Translations under genes and position numbers: made by a program | In this document: one piece after another, positions 17,200-26,593 of the stretch | Position numbering within the stretch: the first letter of the stretch is position 1 | Layout of the letters: every line of letters starts with the position of its first letter | Notes under the pieces: model-generated | Database searches by the model: none | What the model saw: the letters and a program-made list of their open reading frames with translations, nothing else | What the model was told of the DNA's origin: nothing | Assembly (NCBI GenBank): GCA_016185525.1 | Contig: JACPNK010000002.1 | Coordinates: forward strand, 75,616 to 139,615 | DNA length: 64,000 nucleotides | From: Candidatus Yanofskybacteria bacterium | GTDB lineage: Bacteria > Patescibacteriota > Minisyncoccia > 2-02-FULL-40-12 > IGHO2-12-FULL-4 | Direction of reading: 5' to 3'

Positions 17200-19002
17200 A
17201 TGTTCGGAAAAAAAGAAATTATAGTGGAAACTCCTAAAAATATAGAAAAAAGTGCTGAAACCGGAGACCAGAAAAGTCTGGAGGTTTCTTATTTGCAAAA
17301 ACAGATTGCCGCCTTTGATGTTTATAAAGAGATGATCGGTTCTGAAAAAGGCACGGAAGATTACAAGCGTTTGAAAGAAGATTGGATAGAAAAAAGAGCA
17401 GAGATTACAAAGCACGAAGAATCAATGCCGGCAGAACTGCTTGAAGAATATGCTAGCAAATACAACTCAAGCGAGAAAAAAGTTAGGCAAAGGCTGGCAG
17501 AACTAGGAAATGTTGAAACCAACCCAGACCAGAAAGAGCCAGCAGAAAAAACAGGAGAAGATGTTTTGGGGTCAAAAGACATTTGGAAACCACTGGCTGG
17601 AAAAGACGATCCGGAGAAGATGACTTTGCCGGAAAAGAAAAAAAGACTGGACATGGTCAGAGGGGCGGCTGGTCCGTTGACCGTGGCTTATTGGGAAAAT
17701 GCGGTGGCTAACCATCAAGAACAGGAAGTCCGTGAAGAAGCGGAAGAGCACAGAGACGAAATAGCGGATTTGGAGGCAGAAAACGAGGAACTGGAGAAAC
17801 AATTGAGATCTGAAAGAAAAAGAGAGGTTGAGGTCTTTGAGGAACCCAACGATGCGGAAATTAGCCGTTTAGAGAGAGAATCAGAAGATAAGCAAGAGGA
17901 ATTGAAAGAAAAAAAACAAGGCTGGGGCGAAAAGTTTAAGAAAGGAGTAAAAAAGTTTTTTGATAAATTTAAAAAGGAAAATAAAAAAGAAGACAAAAAA
18001 ACAGAGGAAGCGAAAGAAGAAAAGACTTCGGAATCAACAGATACAAGAACACCGGAAGAGAAAATTGTCAGCGGCGAGGAGTATCTTGATGAATCCGGTT
18101 TTATTCATAATCAAAAAGAGGGCAAGGGTTACAAAAAAGTCAGCGGTTTCTTGGCCGAGAGAGCCAAAGGTTTTGTCGGCGGATTTGGCTGGTGGGAATC
18201 TCACCAGGCGGAAAAATTCAGATTAGGCACAAAAGAAGCCGGTATTGACTCTAAGGCGCAGTCTCAACTTATTGAACAAGAAGAGGGTCTACTGGATTTT
18301 GATGATGCTTGGGAAGAAGCGCATGAGATTGAAGAAAAGAGAGCAAGAGAAGAGGAGGTATTCGAAAAAGAGTATGGCGCCGGTGAAGAAGGGGCCAGAT
18401 ACGCGGCTATTATGTGGTTGAGTAATAAAATCTCGCAAAGAAAAAAAGAATATAATCAAAAGGTTGAAGATAAAATTGTTACTTTAACTTTAGAAAAACT
18501 AGAGCAGAAAATTGGCGGGAAAGAGTGGTTTGAAGCATACAAAGCGGCTAATGGCGGCAGAGCCCTAACTCCGGAAAAAGCGACAGAACTGGAAAAAAAA
18601 GTCAGGGAAAAAATTGGCGAATTGAGAAGAGGCCAATCCAAAAAGGATCTGGTTGATTTTATAAAACTCTCAAGACAATCTTTAGACAAAAATTGGTGGC
18701 ACAGATATATCTATACAGTCGTGGATGCTGTTTTTGCTGGGTTTATGTTTAAATGGGTGGTTGGGAAGTATCTTGGCGGAAAGGCGGTTGAAGTTGCGGC
18801 TGGAAAGGGTGGAGCCGGAAAAGCTTTAGAGTGGGGAATGAAAGACCATGTTTGGGGAGAAACAAAAAGATTTTTAATACAAAAAGGCGTTGACCCGACT
18901 GACTCCAACATTCTTAAATATGCCAAAATGGTGGCCCAACCGGGCGGATACTTATTAAAATTTACACGCGTAGCCGCTGAATTGGCTAAGCTAGGTTTTT
19001 AA
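17200..19002 (+). CDS. hypothetical large acidic K/E-rich coiled-coil protein (600 aa)
   Basis: Low-complexity charged repeats (EKKEDKKTEEAKEEK...), C-terminal amphipathic/hydrophobic segment; antisense ORFs inside are compositional artefacts. Confidence 0.55.
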   Translation: MFGKKEIIVETPKNIEKSAETGDQKSLEVSYLQKQIAAFDVYKEMIGSEKGTEDYKRLKEDWIEKRAEITKHEESMPAELLEEYASKYNSSEKKVRQRLAELGNVETNPDQKEPAEKTGEDVLGSKDIWKPLAGKDDPEKMTLPEKKKRLDMVRGAAGPLTVAYWENAVANHQEQEVREEAEEHRDEIADLEAENEELEKQLRSERKREVEVFEEPNDAEISRLERESEDKQEELKEKKQGWGEKFKKGVKKFFDKFKKENKKEDKKTEEAKEEKTSESTDTRTPEEKIVSGEEYLDESGFIHNQKEGKGYKKVSGFLAERAKGFVGGFGWWESHQAEKFRLGTKEAGIDSKAQSQLIEQEEGLLDFDDAWEEAHEIEEKRAREEEVFEKEYGAGEEGARYAAIMWLSNKISQRKKEYNQKVEDKIVTLTLEKLEQKIGGKEWFEAYKAANGGRALTPEKATELEKKVREKIGELRRGQSKKDLVDFIKLSRQSLDKNWWHRYIYTVVDAVFAGFMFKWVVGKYLGGKAVEVAAGKGGAGKALEWGMKDHVWGETKRFLIQKGVDPTDSNILKYAKMVAQPGGYLLKFTRVAAELAKLGF

Positions 19003-19004
19003 GA

Positions 19005-19027
19005 CTTACAAGGGTCACCCTTGTAAG
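19005..19027 (+). terminator. hairpin cttacaaggg-tcac-ccttgtaag (no U-tract on + strand)
   Basis: Perfect 10-bp stem right after stop of 17200..19002; overlaps -35 of next promoter. Confidence 0.35.
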
Positions 19028-19048
19028 GGAAAAAAGTGTGGTATAATA
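19021..19048 (+). promoter_or_regulatory. promoter TTGTAA-N16-TGgTATAAT (extended -10), -10 ends 10 nt before ATG
   Basis: Read directly. Confidence 0.45.
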
Positions 19049-19058
19049 TTGTAAAATA

Positions 19059-19403
19059 ATGAATGCAAAAATAGAAAAAGGAATACAGGAAAGACTGGCC
19101 AAATTACTGGCTGATTCGCCGTTGGCGGAAAACATAAAAAAAGCTTTGCTTGATAATATGGACAAAATCCCGGATTACCATGTTTTTGATTTAATTGACG
19201 CATTGGAGAAAGAAAAAGTAGAGTTGCAAAGAATCGCTTTAGATATCAAACTTTATCTTGAACAGCAGGATAAAGACTGGAAAGATTTAGAAGCCAAACA
19301 AGAGGCAGTAGCTGATGAAATTGTGGACCAGGAGATTCAAAAAATTGAGGATGAGTTCAAATTGCAACAAGCAAAAGACAGCCTCACTCCTGCCACTCCT
19401 TAG
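19059..19403 (+). CDS. hypothetical protein (114 aa), helical
   Basis: ORF only. Confidence 0.45.
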   Translation: MNAKIEKGIQERLAKLLADSPLAENIKKALLDNMDKIPDYHVFDLIDALEKEKVELQRIALDIKLYLEQQDKDWKDLEAKQEAVADEIVDQEIQKIEDEFKLQQAKDSLTPATP

Positions 19404-19417
19404 CGAACCTCATACAT

Positions 19418-20281
19418 ATGGGTGTATTTTTAGCGCTGCTGACATTGGTTTTTTGGGGTTTCGGTGACTTTTTAATTCAAAAAAGCGCCCGCAGATTCGG
19501 CGACAGCATCGCCCTTTTTTATATTACATTTGCCGGCATGGTCGGTTTCTTTCCCTGGGCAATCAAAGATTTAAAGTTGATAATAGCTTCTCCTCTTAAT
19601 TTGTTCCTTTTGCTGGCCGCCGGCGTGGTTATATTCTTTGCGGCAATGTTTGATTTTGAGGGTTTGCGCAAAGGCAAAATGTCCGTCATAGAGCCGGTGC
19701 TGGCTCTGGAGGTAATTGTTACGACTGTTTTGGCAAGTTTAGTTTTGAAAGAGTTTCTTACTGCTTGGCAAATACTCTGGTTAGCTCTAGGAATTTTGGG
19801 GATACTTTTGGTTTCGTTAAAGTCTCTAGCTCATCTTAAAAAAATTAATCTGGAAAAGGGCGTCATCTATGCTCTCTTTGGCGCCCTTGCCATGGGTTTT
19901 TCCAACTTTCTTTTTGGCTGGGGTTCAAGGCAGATCAATCCGATCGTGGTCAACTGGTTTACCGACGCTTTTGTTGTTTTGGTTTTGGCCGTACACTTAA
20001 CCCGCACAGAGCGCTGGAAAGAAGTCTGGCAAGACTGGCGCAAATCCAAGAAACTTATTTTAGGCGTCAGTATTTTAGACAATATGGCTTGGCTTACTTT
20101 TTCATACAGTATGCTTCTGATTCCGATTGCCATCGCTACCGGGATTAGTGAGAGCTACATTGCTTTGGCGGCAGCTCTGGGCTTGATTTTCAACAAGGAG
20201 AAGTTAAAAAAGCACCAGTGGTGGGGTTTGGTTCTGGCGATTGTCTCGGTTGTCCTAATTGCTTTCACAGTTTCAAGCTGA
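19418..20281 (+). CDS. EamA/DMT-family transporter (10 TM)
   Basis: Two EamA-like halves, GDFLIQKSARR segment, 287 aa. Confidence 0.65.
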   Translation: MGVFLALLTLVFWGFGDFLIQKSARRFGDSIALFYITFAGMVGFFPWAIKDLKLIIASPLNLFLLLAAGVVIFFAAMFDFEGLRKGKMSVIEPVLALEVIVTTVLASLVLKEFLTAWQILWLALGILGILLVSLKSLAHLKKINLEKGVIYALFGALAMGFSNFLFGWGSRQINPIVVNWFTDAFVVLVLAVHLTRTERWKEVWQDWRKSKKLILGVSILDNMAWLTFSYSMLLIPIAIATGISESYIALAAALGLIFNKEKLKKHQWWGLVLAIVSVVLIAFTVSS

Positions 20282-20286
20282 TTAAA

Positions 20287-20323
20287 TTGCACAAAGTCAG
20301 AAGCGTACTATAATCTTGAAAAA
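20287..20323 (+). promoter_or_regulatory. promoter TTGCAC-N16-TATAAT
   Basis: Would start transcription near 20330, just 5' of structured element. Confidence 0.4.
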
Positions 20324-20349
20324 CTTATTACTTAATGTTTTTGAAGGCT

Positions 20350-20473
20350 CTGCAGGCTGTGGATTGCTCGCGAGCCGCTTTTTCAGCCCATTCAGCAGAA
20401 TAAGATGAAAAAGCGGCGAGCTGGACGGAAAGAGTATAATACTTCTGTACTCTTTCCGAATCCACAGACTGCA
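20350..20473 (+). ncRNA. candidate structured RNA: three-way junction (15-bp closing helix, two 11-bp hairpin arms) with GC-rich 3' tail to ~20545
   Basis: Closing helix ctgcaggctgtggatt/aatccacagactgca; arm P ccgctttttca(20375-85)/tgaaaaagcgg(20405-15) extended by gctcg/cgagc; arm Q cggaaagagta/tactctttccg; palindrome gctcgcgagc; GC content above local background. Confidence 0.45.
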
Positions 20474-20570
20474 AAGAGCGAGCTTTCTCGCAGGAAGAAA
20501 GCGAGCGTCCGGAAAAAGCAGTAAGTAATAAGTTTTTTATTTACTTTAAATTTTATGCTATAATTAGTCC

Positions 20571-21008
20571 ATGGAAACACCCACTAGTTTAGAGCAGGAG
20601 ATTGCTGACATTGAGAGACGGCTGGCTGAAAAAAAGGCCCTTCGGCAAGTTCAGGGCGAACGGCCTGTTGTCCAAGAAGAAAAAGGCATGTTACATGAAG
20701 TCGTAAGCGAGAAAGCTCAAGAGTCTGCGCCAAGCTATCAGCCTTCTGCACCTCTACCACAATCTTCGCTTCCGGCCATAGACAATGTCTTGCCTCCGCC
20801 AGTAAGCGAGCCGCCTTCGTATTTGTCAGATGAGCTCAAAACCAAAGTCCAGGATTTGGTTAATATCGCTTTTACCAAAGGTCTGACTGAAGCAGTTAAA
20901 GAAGTTTCTAAAATGAATAATCCGGCTATCTTAGACGCTTTCCACGATGTTCTAGTAGACCAGCTTTATGACGTTTTGGTTGAAAGAGGGAAATTAGAAA
21001 AAATATGA
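20571..21008 (+). CDS. hypothetical protein (145 aa), Pro/Ser-rich linker
   Basis: TATAAT 9 nt upstream of ATG (leaderless-type). Confidence 0.45.
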   Translation: METPTSLEQEIADIERRLAEKKALRQVQGERPVVQEEKGMLHEVVSEKAQESAPSYQPSAPLPQSSLPAIDNVLPPPVSEPPSYLSDELKTKVQDLVNIAFTKGLTEAVKEVSKMNNPAILDAFHDVLVDQLYDVLVERGKLEKI

Positions 21009-21027
21009 AATTTTTGAATCAAGAATT

Positions 21028-22368
21028 ATGAATTATGAATCAAGGAAAACTTTAGAAAAAGCCGAGAAAGAAGTTGGCCCGGAAACAGAACCGGAGATTG
21101 AAAAATTAGATTCCCACACTTTGGCTTTTATAAAATCAGGGCATATTGATATACCAGATATGGCTGATTTTGACCCCGCAAGGTCTTTGGCGGAAATCAA
21201 AGAATTTACCAGACATCTTTCAAAAGAAAACTCTTCTTCGGCAAGAGCCGCTTTGGTAAGAGAATTTCGGGAGAAGTTTAAAATTTTCAGAGAAAACTTA
21301 GTAAAGGCACAGTTATCAATGGAGGGTCTGTTGGTGGAAGATCCGGACGAAAGTCCTGAAAAGTTAAAGCAAGCAGTCGGAAACATTATTAAAAACTACA
21401 AAATGGGCTCTTTGGCTAAAGAATTTTACTCTGCCCTGAAAAACTTTTTGAAAGCTCGTAAAGTAATTAAAGATTTGACCTTAACGTATGCTGAAAAGTA
21501 TGGGGAAAGAAAGCAGGAAATGCTTTTTAAAAAACTTTTCGGTAAAGCGCCTCAAGGCAAAATCGAAACTTTTACCATGCCCATTAACCTGCTTTTTAGA
21601 GTGCACGATCCCGAAGATTATCTTTCGGCTATTTTGGGTCGTGATAAAAATAGATTTAGCAAAGATGCTCAAGAAACTTTAAAAACTTCAGGCGGGTTAC
21701 TGCTCAATAGGGATATGCCGATAAAAAATCTAAAAGGCAAAATTATGGTTGAAAATTCATCGGTGGAAAAAAACGAAAATTATTGGGAAACAAAGGCAAT
21801 TCATGAAGAAGAACACTCTATTCACCACTTAATTTACCCGACACGGACTATGATTAGAAAAGAGAGCGAATCAATAAGACTGCATTTGACAAAAGAAACA
21901 CAGACAATTAAATTTGAAGATTTTTTGAAATCAGTAGCCGAAACCTTTATTATTAAATGGGAAGGTGGAGCCAAAAGCGAAATTCTTGCTTACTGGAAAA
22001 CGCAGGGACATTCTTCTGAAACGATTTCTCGTATTCTTTTAGATTTGGATATGTACAACTTTTTAAAAGAAGGTGATGAGGATTCTTTCGCAAACTTAAT
22101 AGTCAATATCGTTCAAAAAACAGATACGGTGATAAAAAGTCCGGAAGGAAGAATTTTGAGTCTTGATGAGATCCGGCAGATTGCGCTTAGAGTTATAAAC
22201 GAATTTTGGGAATTGTATAAAAAAAGGGTTGCTAGAGCTTTAAATGAAGTTTATGAACTGGAACAAAAATATGGCGATAATGCTGAAGCCAAATTAAAGA
22301 TTCTTAGATTGCTAAGTCAAGAGCCTTTACATCGCTGGAACAGATTGAGCAGGCTTATGACCCAATAA
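21028..22368 (+). CDS. hypothetical protein (446 aa)
   Basis: ORF only. Confidence 0.5.
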   Translation: MNYESRKTLEKAEKEVGPETEPEIEKLDSHTLAFIKSGHIDIPDMADFDPARSLAEIKEFTRHLSKENSSSARAALVREFREKFKIFRENLVKAQLSMEGLLVEDPDESPEKLKQAVGNIIKNYKMGSLAKEFYSALKNFLKARKVIKDLTLTYAEKYGERKQEMLFKKLFGKAPQGKIETFTMPINLLFRVHDPEDYLSAILGRDKNRFSKDAQETLKTSGGLLLNRDMPIKNLKGKIMVENSSVEKNENYWETKAIHEEEHSIHHLIYPTRTMIRKESESIRLHLTKETQTIKFEDFLKSVAETFIIKWEGGAKSEILAYWKTQGHSSETISRILLDLDMYNFLKEGDEDSFANLIVNIVQKTDTVIKSPEGRILSLDEIRQIALRVINEFWELYKKRVARALNEVYELEQKYGDNAEAKLKILRLLSQEPLHRWNRLSRLMTQ

Positions 22369-22415
22369 ATTAAAGTCAACATCGGACGTTGACAGAATTT
22401 CTTTAACTTATTTTT

Positions 22416-24869
22416 ATGGTTTTTCTAATTTCCTCATTCATCGCTTTGGGCATAATCTTTATTGCCGGTCTTGTTGTCTTGGGCAGTTTTAAGACAAAAG
22501 GCAGGATGCAGAGGGCTTTGAATATGAGCCTCTTTTTGGTCAGAGTTCCCAGAGAAGTAAGTCCGCCAGCCGGCGGAGGCGGACAAAGGCCGGAGAAAGA
22601 ACTTATTTCAATTGCCGAACAAATGCTCTCCGGTTTTTCTAACATGCATTCCAAGGGTTGGAACAAGTTTTTGTACGGCGAACCTTATGTTTCTTTGGAG
22701 CTTGCCGTTCACCATGTTGGGGAGGAAACACATTTTTACATTGCCGTCCCAAAAAAGAACGAAGACACGATTGAAAAGCAAATTTACAGCTTTTATCCCA
22801 CAGCAGAAGTTACCAAAACAAACGACTACAATATTTTTAATCCGCAAGGCGCCAATGCCGGCACTTACCTTACCTACACCCAAAATGAAGTTCTTCCGGT
22901 GAAAACTTACCAGAAACTTGAAAGCGACCCGATTGGCGCAATTCTGACTTCAATGTCAAAGCTTGAAGCCGAAGGCGAGGGGGCTGCTTTACAAATTCTG
23001 GTCAGGCCGACCCATTCTTCAAACCTTAAATCACTGGGGGTAAAAATCGCGCGCGGTATGCAATCAGGGCAGACTTTTAAAGAGTCTTTGAACAAAACGC
23101 AAGAGTCTCAAGGACTAAGCAATTTGATAAAAACATTCGGCCCTTCTAAAAAAGAAGAACCGAAGCCGCAAGAACCGGAAAAGCCAAAAGTGGTAACTCC
23201 TGCAGACGAAGAAGTTATTAAATCTATCACAGCTAAATCAAGCAAGCAGAATTTTGACGTCAATATCCGCCTGGTAACCTCTGCTGTATCACAGGCAAGG
23301 GCGGAACAGATCCTACAGGAATTCCAAGGTTCTCTTGCGCAGTTTTCTGCTCCCGACCTCAATGCTCTCAAAGCGGTAAAACTCTCCGGCGGATCTTTGC
23401 AAAAGCTTTTGTATAATTTTTCTTTCCGGCTTTTTGACGATAAGCAGAAAATGGTTATGTCAACGGAAGAAATTATCAGTTTATACCATTTTCCGATTCA
23501 CAGCACCGCCGCGCCGAAAGTCAGATTTCTTAAATCAAAACTGGCGGAACCGCCGACTAATTTGCCCCAGCAGGGGATAGTAGTCGGCAAAAGTTCTTAC
23601 CGCGGGCAGGAGGTTTTGGTGCGAATGAGTGACGAAGACCGCCGCCGGCATATGTATGTCATCGGACAGACTGGCACCGGTAAGACGACTATTATGAAAG
23701 CTATGGTCAGACAGGATATTGAAAACGGCAAAGGCGTCTGTGTGATTGACCCCCACGGTGATTTTGCTGAATTTGCCCTTTCGGTTGTGCCTAAAGAACG
23801 GGCGGAAGATGTGATTTACTTTGACCCGGCCGATTTGGAGAGGCCTTTGGGTTTGAACATGCTGGAAATTGACCCGAGCCATCCGGAACAAAAAACTATG
23901 GTCATTGACGAACTTTTTGGTATTTTTGACAAACTTTATGACCTGAAAACTACCGGTGGACCGATGTTTGAAAAATACTTTAAAAATTCAGCTCTTTTGC
24001 TTTTGGACGACTATGCCAATCAAATTCCGGTGCTGGCGGACATTTCCAGAGTTTTGGTTGACGACGAATTCAGAACAGGCAAGCTTAGCCGTGAAACCAA
24101 TCCTTTAGTCAAAGAATTCTGGGAAAAGGAAGCCGAAAAAGCGGCGGGCGAATCTTCGCTTGCCAATATGGCGCCTTACATTTCTTCCAAGATTACGTCT
24201 TTTATCTTTAATGAATTTTTGCGGCCGATTATCAATCAGCCAAAAAGCTCTTTTAACTTCAGGGAAGCGATGGACAAGAAAAAAATCTTGGTCATCAATT
24301 TGTCTAAAGGGCGAATTGGTGAAATTAACGCCAGTCTTTTGGGTTTGATTATTGTCGGCAAGCTTTTGATGGCCGCTTTGTCTCGGGTTGATATGGACGA
24401 AAATCTGCGCAGCGACTTTTATCTCTATATGGATGAGTTTCATAATTTTACTACGCAAAGTATAGCCACTATTTTATCAGAAGCGCGCAAATACCGCCTG
24501 GATTTAATTTTAGCCCACCAATTTATTAAACAGCTTAAAGAGGAGATCCGAGACGCAGTGTTCGGCAACGTCGGCTCAATGGCGGTTTTTCGCATCAGCC
24601 CGGATGACGCAGAATTTATGAAAAATAAATTTGAGCCGGTGTTTTCGCCTCAAGACTTGATGAACATAGACAACCTGCACGCTTATGTTAACCTTTTGAT
24701 TAACGGTCAGACAGCCAGACCGTTTAACATCAAAATTGAAACCGAAAAAGTTTTCGGCGCGGGTTCTCCGGAGGTGGCAAAAGCAATCAAAGAAATTTCT
24801 CGCTTAAAGTACGGCCGGCCCAGAGAAGAAGTGGAGAAGGAAATCAGATCTAAATATGGCCAGAGCTAG
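22416..24869 (+). CDS. membrane-anchored P-loop ATPase, type IV coupling protein (VirD4/TraG/TrwB)-like
   Basis: N-terminal TM; Walker A RHMYVIGQTGTGKTT; DPHGD; Walker B YLYMDEFHNF; ARKYRLDLILAHQ; 817 aa. Confidence 0.6.
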   Translation: MVFLISSFIALGIIFIAGLVVLGSFKTKGRMQRALNMSLFLVRVPREVSPPAGGGGQRPEKELISIAEQMLSGFSNMHSKGWNKFLYGEPYVSLELAVHHVGEETHFYIAVPKKNEDTIEKQIYSFYPTAEVTKTNDYNIFNPQGANAGTYLTYTQNEVLPVKTYQKLESDPIGAILTSMSKLEAEGEGAALQILVRPTHSSNLKSLGVKIARGMQSGQTFKESLNKTQESQGLSNLIKTFGPSKKEEPKPQEPEKPKVVTPADEEVIKSITAKSSKQNFDVNIRLVTSAVSQARAEQILQEFQGSLAQFSAPDLNALKAVKLSGGSLQKLLYNFSFRLFDDKQKMVMSTEEIISLYHFPIHSTAAPKVRFLKSKLAEPPTNLPQQGIVVGKSSYRGQEVLVRMSDEDRRRHMYVIGQTGTGKTTIMKAMVRQDIENGKGVCVIDPHGDFAEFALSVVPKERAEDVIYFDPADLERPLGLNMLEIDPSHPEQKTMVIDELFGIFDKLYDLKTTGGPMFEKYFKNSALLLLDDYANQIPVLADISRVLVDDEFRTGKLSRETNPLVKEFWEKEAEKAAGESSLANMAPYISSKITSFIFNEFLRPIINQPKSSFNFREAMDKKKILVINLSKGRIGEINASLLGLIIVGKLLMAALSRVDMDENLRSDFYLYMDEFHNFTTQSIATILSEARKYRLDLILAHQFIKQLKEEIRDAVFGNVGSMAVFRISPDDAEFMKNKFEPVFSPQDLMNIDNLHAYVNLLINGQTARPFNIKIETEKVFGAGSPEVAKAIKEISRLKYGRPREEVEKEIRSKYGQS

Positions 24870-24881
24870 ATAATTTAAAAA

Positions 24882-25514
24882 ATGAAATTTTCTAAAAAAG
24901 ATTTAGTTTACGCGGTTATCACCGGTTTAATGACCGGTCTGGTTGTCTGGCGGCTTTTGAAGTTTTGGAACATTGCCAGAATAGCCAACTTTGAAAGTCC
25001 TTCATATTTTTGGCTGGTCTTTTTTGTCCCCATTCTCTGGATCGCCGGCGTTTGGCTTGGCTATTTTTTAGGCCGATGGTTTGCTTTTTTCAACCAATTC
25101 GGAAAATATGTAGCCATCGGTTTCACCAACGCCGCCATTGATTTCGGGGTTTTTAATCTTTTGATCGCGCTTACCGGCAAAGCTCTTGGCTTGGCATTTC
25201 CGGTTTTCAAGGGCATATCTTTTTTGGTGGCCGTAACCAACAGCTTTTTTTGGAATAAATACTGGGCTTTTGAAGCCGGAGAAAGCCATGGCGGCAAGTC
25301 GGAGGCGGTTAAGTTTTTTGCCGTCAATCTTGTCACAATAGCAATAAATGTAGGTATCGCTTCTTTTGTTGCCAACGGTGTTGACCCTTTCTTCAATCTT
25401 TCCGATAAAGCATGGGCTAATGTGGCCGCTGTATTTGGAGCCGCTGTTGCTTTAATGTTCAGCTTTATCGGTTTCCGGCTTATTGTTTTTAAAAAAAATG
25501 GTTCTCTATCGTAA
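24882..25514 (+). CDS. GtrA-family membrane protein
   Basis: C-terminal half FGKYVAIGFTNAAIDFGVFNLL...NKYWAF matches GtrA-like 4-TM module. Confidence 0.5.
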   Translation: MKFSKKDLVYAVITGLMTGLVVWRLLKFWNIARIANFESPSYFWLVFFVPILWIAGVWLGYFLGRWFAFFNQFGKYVAIGFTNAAIDFGVFNLLIALTGKALGLAFPVFKGISFLVAVTNSFFWNKYWAFEAGESHGGKSEAVKFFAVNLVTIAINVGIASFVANGVDPFFNLSDKAWANVAAVFGAAVALMFSFIGFRLIVFKKNGSLS

Positions 25515-26592
25515 ATATCGTCCCAAAAACTTTTCTCAAGTTGTCGGGCAGGAGCATGTAACTCAAACTCTTCAAGGCGCTCTTAAGACCGGTTCTGTGG
25601 CCCACGCTTACTTATTTACCGGTCCCAGAGGAACCGGTAAAACTACTATCGCCCGACTTTTGGCGAAAGCAGTTAATTGCGACCGAGCGGAGAGCGAGGG
25701 AGTACTGAGGCCAGAAGGCCGAATGTATGATGCCTGCGGTGTCTGCAGTTTTTGCAAAGAAGTTGAAGAAGGTAAGGCTTTTGATTTAGTTGAAATAGAT
25801 GCCGCTTCCAACAGGGGGATTGAAGAAATCAGAGCTTTGCGCGAAGGAGCCAGATTTGCTTCGGCCAGAGGCAAACACAAAATCTATATCATAGACGAAT
25901 GCCATCAACTAACTAAAGAAGCCTCAAACGCTTTGCTCAAAACTCTTGAAGAGCCGCCGGTCAAAACCATATTCATCTTAGCCACAACTGAAGCTTCCAA
26001 AGTCCTGCCGACCATCGCTTCCAGAACCCAAAGATTTGATTTTAAGAAACTTAACTCCGAACAAATTGTCGCGAAACTCCAGAACATCAGCTTTACGGAA
26101 AAAATAGATATAGATAAAAATATCTTGCTTCTCATTGCCGAACAATCCGAAGGCTCTTTGCGCGACGCTGAAAGCAGTCTTTCAAAACTAGTTGCTTTCA
26201 GAGGCAACAAAATTGACGAGGAAGCGGTTAAAGAAATTCTCGGTTTTATACCCGAAAATATATTTTTTGATTTTTTTCAGATGGTTAAAGACAAAAAAAA
26301 GTCAGAGGCCGTTTCTTTGATTAACAACTTGTACGAGTCAGGTTTGGATTTAGATAATTTTGTCAAAGGTTTGCTTGGTTATATCAGAAAAATTTTAATT
26401 GCCCGCGCCTCCGGTTCTAATTTAAACAGGGCAAATCCAAACGAAAGAATACAGGCTTTAGCTGCCAGTTTTGATAGCAAGTATATTTTCCGTCTTTTTG
26501 GGTCTTTTATGCGTGCCCAGCAGGAAATGAAAATTTCTCCCATTCCGCAATTACCTCTAGAGATAGCGGTAGTGGAGTTAACCGAAGATTAG
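25498..26592 (+). CDS. dnaX: DNA polymerase III subunit gamma/tau
   Basis: MVLYRKYRPKNFSQVVGQEHV...AYLFTGPRGTGKTTIARLLAKAVNC, Zn-module CGVCSFC, DEAS-box IIDECHQL, SRTQRF; ATG 25498 preferred over TTG 25483. Confidence 0.9.
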   Translation: MVLYRKYRPKNFSQVVGQEHVTQTLQGALKTGSVAHAYLFTGPRGTGKTTIARLLAKAVNCDRAESEGVLRPEGRMYDACGVCSFCKEVEEGKAFDLVEIDAASNRGIEEIRALREGARFASARGKHKIYIIDECHQLTKEASNALLKTLEEPPVKTIFILATTEASKVLPTIASRTQRFDFKKLNSEQIVAKLQNISFTEKIDIDKNILLLIAEQSEGSLRDAESSLSKLVAFRGNKIDEEAVKEILGFIPENIFFDFFQMVKDKKKSEAVSLINNLYESGLDLDNFVKGLLGYIRKILIARASGSNLNRANPNERIQALAASFDSKYIFRLFGSFMRAQQEMKISPIPQLPLEIAVVELTED

Positions 26593-26593
26593 T

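Noticed and set aside
17361-17996. Antisense ORFs inside the K/E-rich 600-aa gene (also 10043..10375 inside the SPFH gene, 35178..36198 inside glgA, 46856..47872 inside the ATPase)
   Set aside because: These are compositional artefacts opposite strongly supported genes, with Ser/Leu/Phe-rich low-complexity translations.
20500-20525. SRP (4.5S) RNA helix-8-like motif GUCCGGAAAAAGCAG
   Set aside because: The flanking sequence cannot form the GNRA-capped helix with the AGCA/GG asymmetric loop. The region folds instead as a three-way junction.
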